In this document: positions 38,401-51,749 of the stretch, piece by piece | How positions within the stretch are numbered: the stretch's first letter is position 1 | Layout of the letters: the number at the start of each line of letters is the position of its first letter | NCBI RefSeq assembly: GCF_006345805.1 | Contig: NC_043022.1 | Coordinates: 14,322,001-14,386,000, forward strand | Reading direction: 5' to 3' | DNA length: 64,000 bases | From: Octopus sinensis | Lineage: Eukaryota | The notes under the pieces: generated by a model | What the model was told of the DNA's origin: nothing | Database searches by the model: none | Seen by the model: the letters and a program-made list of their open reading frames with translations, nothing else | Made by a program: the position numbers and the translations under genes

Positions 38401-41034
38401 GCCACCGACACGGTTGCCAGACAGAGCTGGCAAACGGCCACGAACGGACGGTGCTTTTACGTGTCACCGGCACGGGGGCCAGCCGAGGCTGGCAACGGAC
38501 ACGAATGGATGGTGTTTTTACGTGCCACCGGCACGGGGCCAGACAGAGCTGGCAAACGGCCACGAACGGACGGTGCTTTTACGTGTCACCGGCACGGGGC
38601 CAGGCGAGGCTGGCAACGAACACGAATGGATGGTGCTTTTACGTGCCACCGACACGGGGGCCAGGCAGAGCTGGCAAACGGCCACGAGCGAATGGTGCTT
38701 TTACGTATCACCTGCACGGGTGCCAGTCGAGGCTGACAGCGGACACGAACGGATGGGTCACTTAACCCCTGCTTTCTGATATATGATTTGATTTTGATTG
38801 TTCTCACTGGTCTTGCCAGGTCTTCTCACGCACAGCATACTTCCATAGGTCTTGGTCTCTGGTCATTTCCTTGGTGATACCTAGAGTTCGAAGGTCGTGC
38901 TTCACCACCTCGACCCAGGTTTTCCTGGGTCTACCTCTTCCACAGGTCCCCTCAACTGCCAGGGTGTGGCACTTTTTCACACACCTATCTTCATCCATTC
39001 TCACCACATGACCATACCAGCGCAATCGTCTCTCTTGCACACAACATCAGATGCCTCTTAGGTCCAACTTTTCTCTCAAGGTACTTACACTCTGTCGACT
39101 ATGAACACTGACATTACACATCCAACGGAGCATACTAGCTTCATTTCTCGCGAGCTTACGCATGTCCTCAGCAGTCACGGCCCATGTTTCACTGCCATGT
39201 AGCATGGCTGTTCGCACACATGCATCATACAGTCTGCCTTTTACTCTGAGCGAGAGGCCTTTAGTCACCAACAGAGGTAAGAGCTCCCTAAACTTTGCCC
39301 AGGCTATTCTTACTCTAGCCGTTACACTTTCAGCACACCCATATATATAACTATATATAAATATATATATATAAATCAAAATCAAAATCGAAATCGATCA
39401 ACATCAATGGAAATTGCAGCTGAGATACCAGTGCCAATGGCACGTAAGAGAACCATCCGAACGTGGCCGTTGCCAGCGCTGCCCCGACTGGCCTCTGTGC
39501 CGCTGGCACGTAATAAGCACCATCCAATTGTGGCCGTTGCCAGCCTCGTCTGGCCCCCGTGCCGGTGGGACGTAAAAAGCACCATCCTATCGTGGCCGTT
39601 TGCCAGCCTCGTCTGGCACCTGTGCAGGTGGCATGTAAAAAGCACCCACTACACTCACGGAGTGGTTGGCGTTAGGAAGGGCATCCAGCTGTAGAAACTC
39701 TGCCAGATCAGATTGGGCCTGGTGCAGCCTCCTGGCTTCCCAGACCCCAGTTGAACCGTCCAACCCATGCTAGCACGGAAAACGGACGCTAAACAATGAT
39801 GATGATATATAAAGACATATATATATAACATTGGTGGCATGGAGAGAGGAGGCTGGTATGCATGGGCAACTTCTGGTCTTCCTTAAACAACCTTGCCTGG
39901 ACTTGTGCCTCGGAGGGGAACTTCCTAGGTGCAATCCCATGGCTGTTCATGACCAAATGGGGTCCTTACACACACGGTCACTTAAGGAATAATAAAACAC
40001 ATGGACAAAGGATATCAGGCTTAAATAGTAGATCAATATTAAAACCTGATACCGATATTATTCTTGTATTAATCTTATGCAAAGCAGAGTCCCACATGTG
40101 TATCCAGCTCTAGAATATAACCTTATGGAGAATAACATGTGGTAGCCAAAGAACGACATACTTAAAAGCTTTTAAATACACGTTTTTTGAAGTTTTCAGG
40201 GTGTTTTTTTTACCTGAATTATACCATATAGACGCATGTGTGTGTGATTACACACACATGCATGGATGTACATAGAGACACAAGCAGACATACATACACA
40301 CGTACACATACACAAATATGCATACCTTTACACAGACTCGCATATACTTGTGCACAGAGGCATATGCACACACACACACGTGCATATGCACACACATATC
40401 CACACACACACACACACAAGTGTCAAAACTGACCACTTGAAACGGGATTGGTTTTATTCTGTGGGTGAGTGGCTCTAAGTGATAACAGACTTGGTTCTGT
40501 AGTGGAGGCTGTAGTGGTTATAGTGGTGGTGATGGTGGTGGCAATGATGAGGATGATGATGGTGGTGGTGATGGTAGTAGTGGCAGTGGTGATGGTGGCA
40601 ATGATGCAGATGATGGCAGTGGTGGTGGTGGTGCTGATGGTGGTGGCAGTGGCAATGATGAGGATGGGGTGGTGGTGGTGGTTGTGGCAATGATGATGAT
40701 GATGATTGCAGCAGCAATGACAGTGATGACGGTGGTCTTTGTTCTGTAGTGAAGGTCATTGTGGTAGTGTCACCCTTAGTAGTAGTAGCAATAACAGTTG
40801 TAGTGGTGGGGTGTGGCGATGATGAGGGTGATGTCAGTGGTGATGACGGTGGTGTTGCTTCTGTAGTGGTGGTCATCAAGGGAGTGTGTTGGTGGGCCTG
40901 TCTGTGGGTCACCAGTAGCAGTAATAGTAGTAGTAGTAGCAGCAGTAGAGTAGTAGTAGTAGTAGCAGCAGTAGTAGTAGTAGTAGCAGCAGTAGAAGTA
41001 GTAGTAAGTAGTAGTAGTAGCAGCAGCAGCAGCT

Positions 41035-41068
<34 letters not shown>

Positions 41069-44000
41069 CAGCAGCAGTAGTAGTAGTAGCAGCAGTAGAA
41101 GTAGTAGCAGCAGTAGAAGTAGTAGAAGTAGTAGTAGCAGCAGCAGCAGTAGAAGTAGTAGTAGCAGCAGTAGAAGTAGTAGAAGTAGTAGTAGAAGTAG
41201 TAGTAGCAGCAGCAGTAGTAGAAGTAGTAGTAGTAGTGTTGGTGGTGGTGAAGAAAAGTGTGTGTGTGAGAAGAGAGGCGGTAGTTTCCCCTCTACCAAA
41301 TCCACTCACAAGGCTTTGGTTGACCTGAGGCCATAGTAGAAGACATACTAAGGTGACATGCGGTGAGATTGAACCCAGAACCTTGTGGTTGGGAAGCAGG
41401 CTTCTTACCACACAGCCATGCTTGCGCATTTTCTTTTTATTCTTCTTGACCATTAGGACTCATAAGGCCAATTACTCCATTGCCATGTCATAGGAGAGTG
41501 TGCGCCCTCTGGTATCGCGAGTAGATGGTTTCCAGAGGAGAAGAGTAGAAATTACCTCTTTTTCAGCTCTACAACAATGTCCAGCAAACTGGACTCTCCT
41601 ACCTTTCACAAGAGATGACACAGGTGGAGCATTTCTTTTCACGATTTTCAATTTTGTGATGGGGGTAGTGCAGAAAAGTTGTGAATGGACATCAAAATCT
41701 TAGAACTCTATGACAATATCTTCTGTCTTCAACAACGCATCGAAAAATGGAAGAAGTGGAAAAAAAAACCAGGACTGCCATGTTATGTTGGTAAACAATC
41801 TTTACTCCAAAGTACTCTCTCTTACTCTTTACTCTTTTACTTGTTTCAGTCATTTGACTGCGGCCATGCTGGAGCACCGCCTTTAATCGAGCAACTCGAC
41901 CCCAGGACTTATTCTTTTGTAAGCCCAGTACTTATTCTATAGGTCTCTTTTGCCGAACCGCTAAGTAACGGGGACATAAACACACCAGCATCGGTTGTCA
42001 AGCAATGCTAGGGGGACAAACACAGACACACAAACACATACACACACGTATATATATATATATATATATACATATATACGACAGGCTTCTTTCAGTTTCC
42101 GTCTACCAAATCCACTCACAAGGCTTTGGTCGGCCCAAGGCTATAGTAGAAGACACTTGCCCAAGGTGCCACGCAGTGTGACTGAACCCGTGGTTGGTAA
42201 ACAAGCTACTTACCACACAGCCACTCCTGCACCTACTGTGGCTGAATATCTCACGTTATGAGATTTAAAAATAGTAATTTTCTAATTTATAGATCAGTGA
42301 CTGTGTGTCACTTTGAAAACTATAGATTTCAAACGGGAATTTGGCAGCGCCACCTCTAGCCGAACAGTTATTCTGTGCTGATGAAGGGAAATAACCTGGA
42401 AATCGTGATACACAGATATTGTTTTCAGCTGAGTGGGGGTGCCAGATTCCCTTGTTCTAAAATATAAGGACACAATTCGTGTTGTATAGCCAGCTGGAGA
42501 CGGTGTCTCTTGGGGCTAAATTACAGCAACATTCGTCCTAAACCAGGACTGCCATGTTATGTTGGCAAACAATCTTTACTACAAAGTACTGTTGCTGAAT
42601 ATCTCTCGTTGTGAGACTTAAAAATAGTAATCTTCTCTTCTTTTTTTGTTAGTGATAAAATATGATTTTTATTGCATCTTACCTGGGTAGCTTTTAAATG
42701 ACTGTCGTGTAGTTTACTCTGAAATACGACTTCAAAGTCACTCTCAACAAGAAGAAAGGAAGATGGTCACATTGCACAACTGAAGGAGAACAGATGGACA
42801 ATTAGGGTGACGGAATGGACACCAAGATAATAAACAAGATCAAGAGGTTGACCAAAGACAAAATGGGGAGATCATCATCATCACCATCATCATCATCATC
42901 TAACATCCGTCTTCCATGCTGGCATGGGTTGGATGGTTTGATAGGGGCTGGCTAGGCAAAAGACTGCACTAGTCTTCACTGTTTGTTTTGGTAGGGGTTT
43001 TAGAGCTGGATGCCCTTCCTAACACCAACCACCCCACAGAGTGGACTGAATACTTATTTTAAAATTCTTTTATTTGTTTCAGTCATTTGACTGTGGCCAT
43101 GCTGGAGCACCACCTTTAGTCGAACAAATCGACCCAAGGACTTATTCTTTGTAAGCCCAGTACTTATTCTATCGGTCTCTTTTGCCGAACTGCTAAGTTA
43201 CGGTGATGTAAACACACCAACATTGGTTGTCAAGTAATGTTGGGGGTACAAACACAGACACACAAACACACACACACACATATATTTTTACATAGAACAG
43301 GCTTCTTTCAGTTTCTGTCTACCAAATCCACTCACAAGGTTGGCCTGAGGCTATAGTAGAAGACACTTGCCTGAGATGCCACACAGTGGGACTGAACCCT
43401 GAACCATGTGGTTGGGACACAGCCATTCCTGCGCCTGTTTACATTACCACATTAGGAAAGCCCCTTACTACAAATAATACTGTTGTTGTCATTCCTCCTG
43501 TCCACAAATCATCCACTCATGTCAGGCCTTCAAAGACAGGAAGGGCATCTGGCCTGTGAAATACGAAATACCTTCCTACACTCATAACCCATGCTAGGAT
43601 GAAAACAAAGGAATGGACAAACAAGCTTCTGTCAACTTACAATAAACTAGGTTATTTATAATTGAGTATTTGGGCCACATGCTGTGCACTATTGAAGAGT
43701 TAGAAGCTGAAACTAGTAATATAATATCCTGCTTATCTGACATCCTGTTTAAATCAGGCCATCTGTTGCTATCATTGAATCACCATCTTCAACTAGGCTG
43801 TGGGTGTGGTTCTGTGATTAACTCTTTGGTTACCAACCTGGCTGAAACCGATTCTGGCTATGTAGTACAAGTGTCTTTTCAAAAGTTCTGAATTAAAATC
43901 TTCCACCAAACCCTAGTCACAATTTATGTTCCTAACACTAGCTTAATGATAATGAAGTTATTTTACTAAATTCTTTGGTATATTTAAAGTAATTGATAGA

Positions 44001-46311
44001 AACACAAAATTTCCCCATTTTACAATATTGTTTAAATATACAATAGAGAAACAATTCTTAACCCTTTTGATACCAACCTAGATGAAACTGTTTCTGGCTC
44101 TATAGCACAAATGTCTTGTTTCCATAAGTTTTGAATTAAAATCTTCCACCAAACCCTAGTCACAATTTATGTTCCTAACACTAGCTTAATGATAACTAAG
44201 TTATTTTACTAAATTCTTTGTTACATTTAAAATCAATTGAAAGAAACACAGAGCATCTCAAAATAAATACAGTAACGAAAGGGTTAAAATATATAATAGA
44301 GAAACAATTCTTAACCCTTTTGATACCATCCCAATTGAAACTGCCTCTGGCTCTGTAGTACAAATGTTTTGTTTTCATAAGTTTTGAATTAAAATCTTCC
44401 ACCAAACCTTAGTCACAGTTTATGTTCCTAACACTAGCTTAATGATAACTACTCCATGAAAATCCCTCAGGTGTTTTGGCAAGGCATTTGATATATATAT
44501 AACATATATATATATACATAATATATATAACTGGGGTTGATGTGATCAAATAACCTCTTACCCTAAATTTCAGGCCTTGTGCATATTGTAGAAAGGATTA
44601 TGTTTGTTCACTTATGCATACCTTTCCTTCTTTGGACACAAGAAGACCTGTTGGGGCAAGTGAAATCAAAATTGAACCAAATTCGATGACTGGCACCTGT
44701 GCCAGTGGCGCGCTAACAGCTCCATCCAAGTGGGATCACTGCCAGAGCAGCTGTCTACCGAGGTCGACTTTGCCCTTCATCCTTTCGGGGTCGATTAAAT
44801 AAGTACCAGTTACGCACTGGGGTTGATATAATCGACTTAATCAGTTTGTCTGTCCTTGTTTGTCCCCTCTGTGTTTAGCCCCTTGTGGGTAGTAAAGAAA
44901 TAGGTATTTCGTCTGCCATTACGTTCTGAGTTCAAATTCCGCTGAGGTCGACTTTGTCTTCCATCCTTTCGGGGTCAATTAAATAAGTTGTCCTCTCTGT
45001 GTTTAACCCCTTGTGGGTAGTAAAGGAATAGGTATTTCGTCTGCCGCTACGTTCTGAGTTCAAATTCCGCCGAGGTCGTCTTTGCCTTTCATCCTTTTTG
45101 TGTCGATTAAATAAGTACCAGTTACAACCTGGGGGTCAATGTAATTGACTTAATCCCTTCCCCCAAGCTGCCCTTGTGGCAAAAGAAATTTGAAATCATT
45201 ATTATTATTATTATTATTATTTTCTCTTTCAGTACATTGGCTCAGTCATGCCGGCCGTCGGTGTGGTCCACACTTACATCCGCAGACTGGAAAACTTGCC
45301 TATCTCTACCCACTTCATATTCCACACTGAAGCCATTGATGACTCCACCGACTCAGACATTCTCACAACATCAGTGAGTAGCGCTGGATGACAGCCACTT
45401 CTTCTTCGTTTTTTGCCTTTCAGCTTTTCTCATCTGCTCACCTTTCTCTTCTTTCCTTCTCTCTTAAGCTGACATTAATCACGAAGGATTCTCAAGTAAA
45501 TATCCCATGTGTAATGCCAACCACTACACTCTCGGAGTGGTTGGCATTAGGAAGGGCATCCAGCTCTGGAAACCTTGCCAGATTAGACTGGAGCCTGGTG
45601 CAGCTTCCTGGCTTTCCAGTCCTCGATCAAACCATCCAAACTATTAAAAACAGGCATTGAAAGATGATGATACACACACACACACACAATGGGCTTCTTT
45701 TCAGTTTCCGTCTACCAAATCTACTCACAAGGCTTTGGTTGGCCTGAGGCTATAGTAGAAGACATTTACCCAAGGTGCCATGCACTGGGTTTGAACCCGG
45801 AACCATGTGGTTGGGAAGCAAGCTACTTACTGCACAGCCACTCCTGTACCTATCTATATATACATATATACAAAAGGCACCAACTACACTCCCGGAGTGG
45901 TTGGCATTAGGAAGGGCAACAAGCTGTAGAAACCTTGCCAGATTAGATTGGAGCCTGGTGCAGCAATCTGGCTTGCCAGCCCTCAGTTAAACCATCCAAC
46001 CCATGCCAGCATGGACAGCAGATGTTGAATGACGACAATGATGATGATGATGTGTGTATTTTGTGGCGTAGGTGTGGCTATGTGGTAGACAGGCTTCCTT
46101 CTCAAGCACATGATTTCAGGTTCGGTCCCATTGTGTGGCACCTTCGGTTAAGTGTCTTCTACTATAGCCATGGGCTGACCAAAGCCTTGTGAGTGAAAAT
46201 TGGTTGATGGAAATGGTAAAGAAGCCTGTTATGTGTGTATGTCTATATATGTATATATATATGTATGTATCTATGTATATATATATATGTATATATGTGT
46301 ATATATATATG

Positions 46312-46354
<43 letters not shown>

Positions 46355-49300
46355 GTATGTATATATATATGTATATAACTTGCAAAAAGTTACTTATTAC
46401 CCTTTTTAAAGTATAAAGAAGTTTAAAAAAATTTTTTTTAATTATAAAATCTTTTATCAGGATGTTACTAAAGCCTTTTCCTATTGTTTGGGCACTTTTG
46501 ATTAACCTTTTCATTCAAACACATGTGCTATATATATATATATATATATATATAGTTTATTGTTCTGTTAAGATAAGATCGGCAAAAAAAGTTCTCCATC
46601 CACTGAGAGATAAATATCACTTAATATACTCAGTATAAAGATATGAGCTACTAAGAGTTTCTTGCCCTGGAGACACATGGCTCAGAAGGTTTACGTAATG
46701 TGCCTTGTCTCTCCACCCTGAAGATGGAAGCTGGATTTACTGTCATGTTTATATGTATCCACTACAGTTCTTTCCTCTCTCTGCAATTTCTTTTAAACTA
46801 TTTTTTTTTAGTTGTCATTGAAAAAGAAGAAATTGTTGAAACCAGTATGGTATTCTAATTAAATCTGTTAATTCAGACCAAAACCGATTCTCTTATGTGT
46901 GGGGGTGGGGTGACAGGGTGTTACTGATTTTGGTTTTATTTTCCTTCTGTCTCTCTGATTTCAGTCTCCTGATGACATTCTTCAGTGGTTCAGTCTAGAA
47001 GAGCTTCAAAATGACATTTCATCCGATGATCCTTGTCTCCTGGGACCTGAACCATTACATTTGATTGAAAATCTTAAAGGTATTTCCAACTAAATCTATT
47101 TGTGCAAATCATTTCCAACCCATGCCAGCATGGAAAGAAGACACTAAATTATGATGATGATGATATATATATATATATACACACACACACATATATACAT
47201 ATACAATGGGCTTCTTTTAGTTTCTGTCTACCAAATCCACTCACAAGACTTTGGTTGTTGAATGATTTCTTTATCCATATTTCTTCCAGGCAGCAATGCT
47301 TCCATAGTATCAGAAACCAAACCTCTAGATTTCAACCAAGATTCAGATAAGGTGGCTGTCCAGCATCTCTTGAAGGCCGCAAAATTTGACCAGCTCGGTT
47401 TGTGCTTGTTTCCATTATCTTCTTTTATTACATTATTTTTACTTGTATTTTTTGGTTATGTAATTTTTTTATATTTCCTGTTCTGTGACATTTTTCTATT
47501 TGTTCTTATTTAACCCTTTAGTTACCATATTTTTGTTGAAATCCACTGCCTTTGATTCAGTTAATTTTGAAATTAATGAAGAATTTAGTAAAATAACTTT
47601 TCGTTACCAACCTGGCTGAAACTGCAACTGGCTCTGAGTACAAATGTCTTGTTTTCATAAGTTTTGAATTAAAATCTTCCACCAAACCTTAGTCACAATT
47701 TATGTTCCTAACACTAGCTTAATGATAACTAAGTTATTTTACTAAATCCTTTGTTATATTTAAATTAATTGAAAGAAACACAGAGTATCTCAACAGAAAT
47801 AGGGTAACAAAAGGGTTAAAATATATAATAGAGAAACAATTCTTAACCCTTTCGTTACCAACCTGGCTGAAACCAGCTCTGGGTCTGTAGTACAAATGTC
47901 TTGTTTCCATAAGTTTTGAATTAAAATCTTCCACCAAACCTTAGTCACAATTTATGTTCCTAACACCAGCTTAATGATAACTAAGTTATTTTACTAAATC
48001 CTTTGTTAGATTTAAAATTAATTGAAAGAAACAGAGAGCATCTCAAAATAAATATGGTAACAAAAAGGTTTAAATATGCAATAGAGAAACAATTCTTAAG
48101 CCTTTCGATACCAACCTAGATGAAACTGCCAGAACACAAAGGGCCAGGACTCATCGAGTCCTCTTCTGGTTTACTGGGCCCTTTTAGATTTAAAAATCCA
48201 TTAAAGGGTTAACTGAGTCCTTCTGAATCTGCTGAGATCCTTTTAAGTTTTGGGTCCACCTCTAAATCATTTGGGACCCTTAGATTTAATGAACCCCTCC
48301 TTATTATGTTTCGAATTAGCAAAACTGTAAGGCGGAGGCAAACTCTATTGACTCATGGAGCCCCACTAAATCTGGCCCTGCATATGCTAATTTCAATGGG
48401 GATCTGCTCGGGGGAAGGGGGTTTTCCTTTTTCTTTTTTAGCCCCTCATACAGAGACGGCAAACCACCTTATCAGTGATTTTAGGGAAATATTTTTTAAA
48501 AATGACTTTTTTATGTGTTTTTCTCCTCTTCACGCTCTTTCAGAACAATTAATTCTACGAGAGTTCCTAAACTTCAGTTATCCATCCATGTTCATGTGCA
48601 AGGCAGCCTTCTCCCGCTACATTCTACAGAAAGGTGGTTCTCTCGAGCGTATGGACAGTCTCTTCAGGTAGAGCCTTTATTTACATAATGCACCATTAAA
48701 ACACAAACAAACCTAAAAAAAAAAAAAAAAAGAGCAATCATTTTAACTGTTAATTAAAACATCATCGTTTCCATCTTAATTAGCCTTGTTAAGTTTTGAT
48801 ATTGCCAAGACTACGTGCTTTCTGTGACGGTGCATACCTTAGATGTTAAGGGGTTTGCACTCGTCTTGAGATTATGATTTCAGTTGTTCCCCCCAGGACC
48901 TGGCGAAAAACACTCCATTTCACATTGCTCAAGTCCACTCAGCTGTAAATAGGTACCAACCTAGTAGCTGAGAAGTTTAACCCACCGGCTGACTGATATC
49001 CCATTTGGTGGAGAGGAGGGTTTGGTAATGTAATGAACTTTGGACTTTGTATATGTACCCATTGATGTTGATGTATATGTATACTCCAGTATATATATTT
49101 GATTATCTGTAACCTTATGTGTATGTATATTATTATATATATACTTATATATATGTATATATATATATATATATACATTCTTGTGTATGTGTATTTTGTT
49201 TCATATTTATATCTTCATTTTATATCTTTATAATTGTACTTTATAATCTCTGACGAGGCCTTGAGATATATATATATATATAAGTAACTCATTTTTAACT

Positions 49301-51089
49301 GCATATTACCTCAATACATCTGACTAATATAGGCAGAATGAGATACCTTTATCTACAGGCTGAAACAGCTGTAAGATCCATTTTATGTGTATTATTCTTA
49401 TGGTATTATTATCTTACATATTGATATATATTGTTTTGTTGGATTTAGATGTTCCTATTTATGTAGTTAATAAATAATATGAATTGGTAATATCTGTAAG
49501 TCGATGATTGAAAGGAATCTGTTCATCCATTTTCTTATTTGTATTATGAATTTGAGGTAAAATATTTTTATGTGCCGATGGCACATAAAAAGTCCTATCC
49601 AAATGTGGTTGATACCAGGCCTGCCTGACTGGCTCCTGTTCCGGTGAGTATCAGAGTGGTTGGCGTTAGGAAGGGCATCCAGCTATAGAAATTCTGCCAG
49701 ATCATATTGGAGCCTGGTGCAGCTGCTGGCTCTCCAGACCTCAGTCAAACCGTCCAAACCATGCCAACATGGACAATGGGACAATGGACGTTAAACGATG
49801 GACGTTAAATGATGATGATGATGATGTATACATATATCTCGCAGGTGTGGCTGTGTGGTAAGAAGCTTGCTTCCTAACCACATGGTTCCACGGCCATGAT
49901 TTCACATGACTTCCCAAGCACACCAAATCGCCAGAGGTCTTGCTTGTTTGTCACTGCTTCCATGAGACCCAACATCTGAAGATCAAGCCTCATCAGCTTG
50001 TCCCATGTCTTGCGGGGTCTACCTCTTCCACAGGTTCCCTCCACAACACAGCTACACACACACTGTGTATGAGACAACTAAATTAACATGAATTCTCTCC
50101 ACAGATTTTTTTTCGGTGGCACGTAAAAAGCACCATCCGATCGTGGCCGTTGCCAGCCTCGCCTGGCCTTCGTGCCGGTGGCACGTAAAAAGCACCGTGC
50201 GATCGTGGCCGTTTGCCAGCCTCGCCTGGCACCTGTGCCGGTGGCACGTAAAAAGCACCCACTACACTCATGGAGTGGTTGGCATTAGGAAGGGCATCCG
50301 GCCGTAGAAACACTGCCAGATCAGACTGGGCCTGGTGCAGCCTTCTGGCTTCCCAAATCCCAGTTGCATCGTCCAACCCATGCTAGCATGGAAAGCGGAC
50401 GCTAAACGATGACGATTATGATGATGATGAAAAGAAAGAAATATGTGATATTTTAAACATTGAGTATATGCTATGCATCATTAATTTTCTCTTTTAAAGC
50501 CTAGCCAGGCTCATGGGCCCAGTTTCCCGGTTTCAATGGCGTATGTGTTCCCCAGCAGGGCAGGACACCAGTCCATCGCAGCGTTACTCATTTTTGCCAG
50601 CTGAGTGGACTGGAGCAACGTGAAATGAAGTGTTTTGTTGAAGAACACAATGCATCGCCCGGTCCAGGAATTGAAACCATAATCTTACAATCATGATGCT
50701 GACACCCTAACCACTAAGTCACACGCCTCCACTATATATATGTATGTATGTATGCATGAATGCATGCATATATATTAGAAGAAATGAGGTACTCAGAAAT
50801 TCAGATGGTTTCATATTTACAGATATTTATTTGTATATTACATGTTTTTATACATCATATAACATATATCATATATCAGCGCTTTCGTCCATTCTGGTGG
50901 AGTTTTCAGATTGAACTGTTCAATCTGAAAACTCCACCAGAATGGACGAAAGCGCTGATATATGATATATGTTATATGATGTATAAAAACATGTAATATA
51001 CAAATAAATATCTGTAAATATAAAACCATCCGAATTTCTGAGTACCTCATTTCTTCTCATAGAAAATACCTGTACATCATCTCCAAACC

Positions 51090-51128
<39 letters not shown>

Positions 51129-51717
51129 TATAAGTGTTCCTTTCTTTGTTCTTCTTCTTCAGGGCCTTTGATGTTGGCAGAAAGAAATTTCTTTCCTTCA
51201 AACATTTCTACATTGGTTTGGCAGCTCTCGACCCTCATACAAACCATGGTGGTGGTTCTGCTGAAATTCGCTGCAAATATATTTTCCGCTTCTACAGTTC
51301 TCACAAAGAAGGATTTCTGGAGCCTTCTGAATTTCGGTAAATATCTTTTATCATTTGTTTTTCTGATAGTGATTTGGGTTTTTGTTGGGGGTTTTTTATC
51401 ACCCCCCCCCCAACATGTTTTTTTTTTAGATCACTTCCCAACTCCCTGTGTTCTTAACTCAAATTCTCTTGAGGCTGACTTTGCTTTTCATCCTTTCAGG
51501 GGTCAATAAAAGAAGTACGAGTTGAACACTGGGGCTCCAGCCCCATAAAATTTCAAGCCCTGTGCCTCTTGTAGAAAGGATTACTGTTTATTATAGTATA
51601 GCTATGTCGTTAAGAAACCTGCATTGGAAGCACGTCATCATCATCGTCGTCATGGTCATCATCATCATTATCATCATCATCACTGTTATCATCATCATCA
51701 CCATCATCATCACCATT

Positions 51718-51749
<32 letters not shown>

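Noticed and set aside
40475-41453. Long ORFs (poly-Leu, poly-Ser, poly-Thr)
   Set aside because: Translations of trinucleotide repeats.
41567-41623. AG/GT-bounded phase-0 candidate exon ([19 protein letters not shown]) in intron 1
   Set aside because: It is the antisense of a LINE RT C-terminal fragment and is not needed for the reading frame.
46710-46740. ctgaagatgg hammerhead half-core
   Set aside because: No downstream GAAA or stems.
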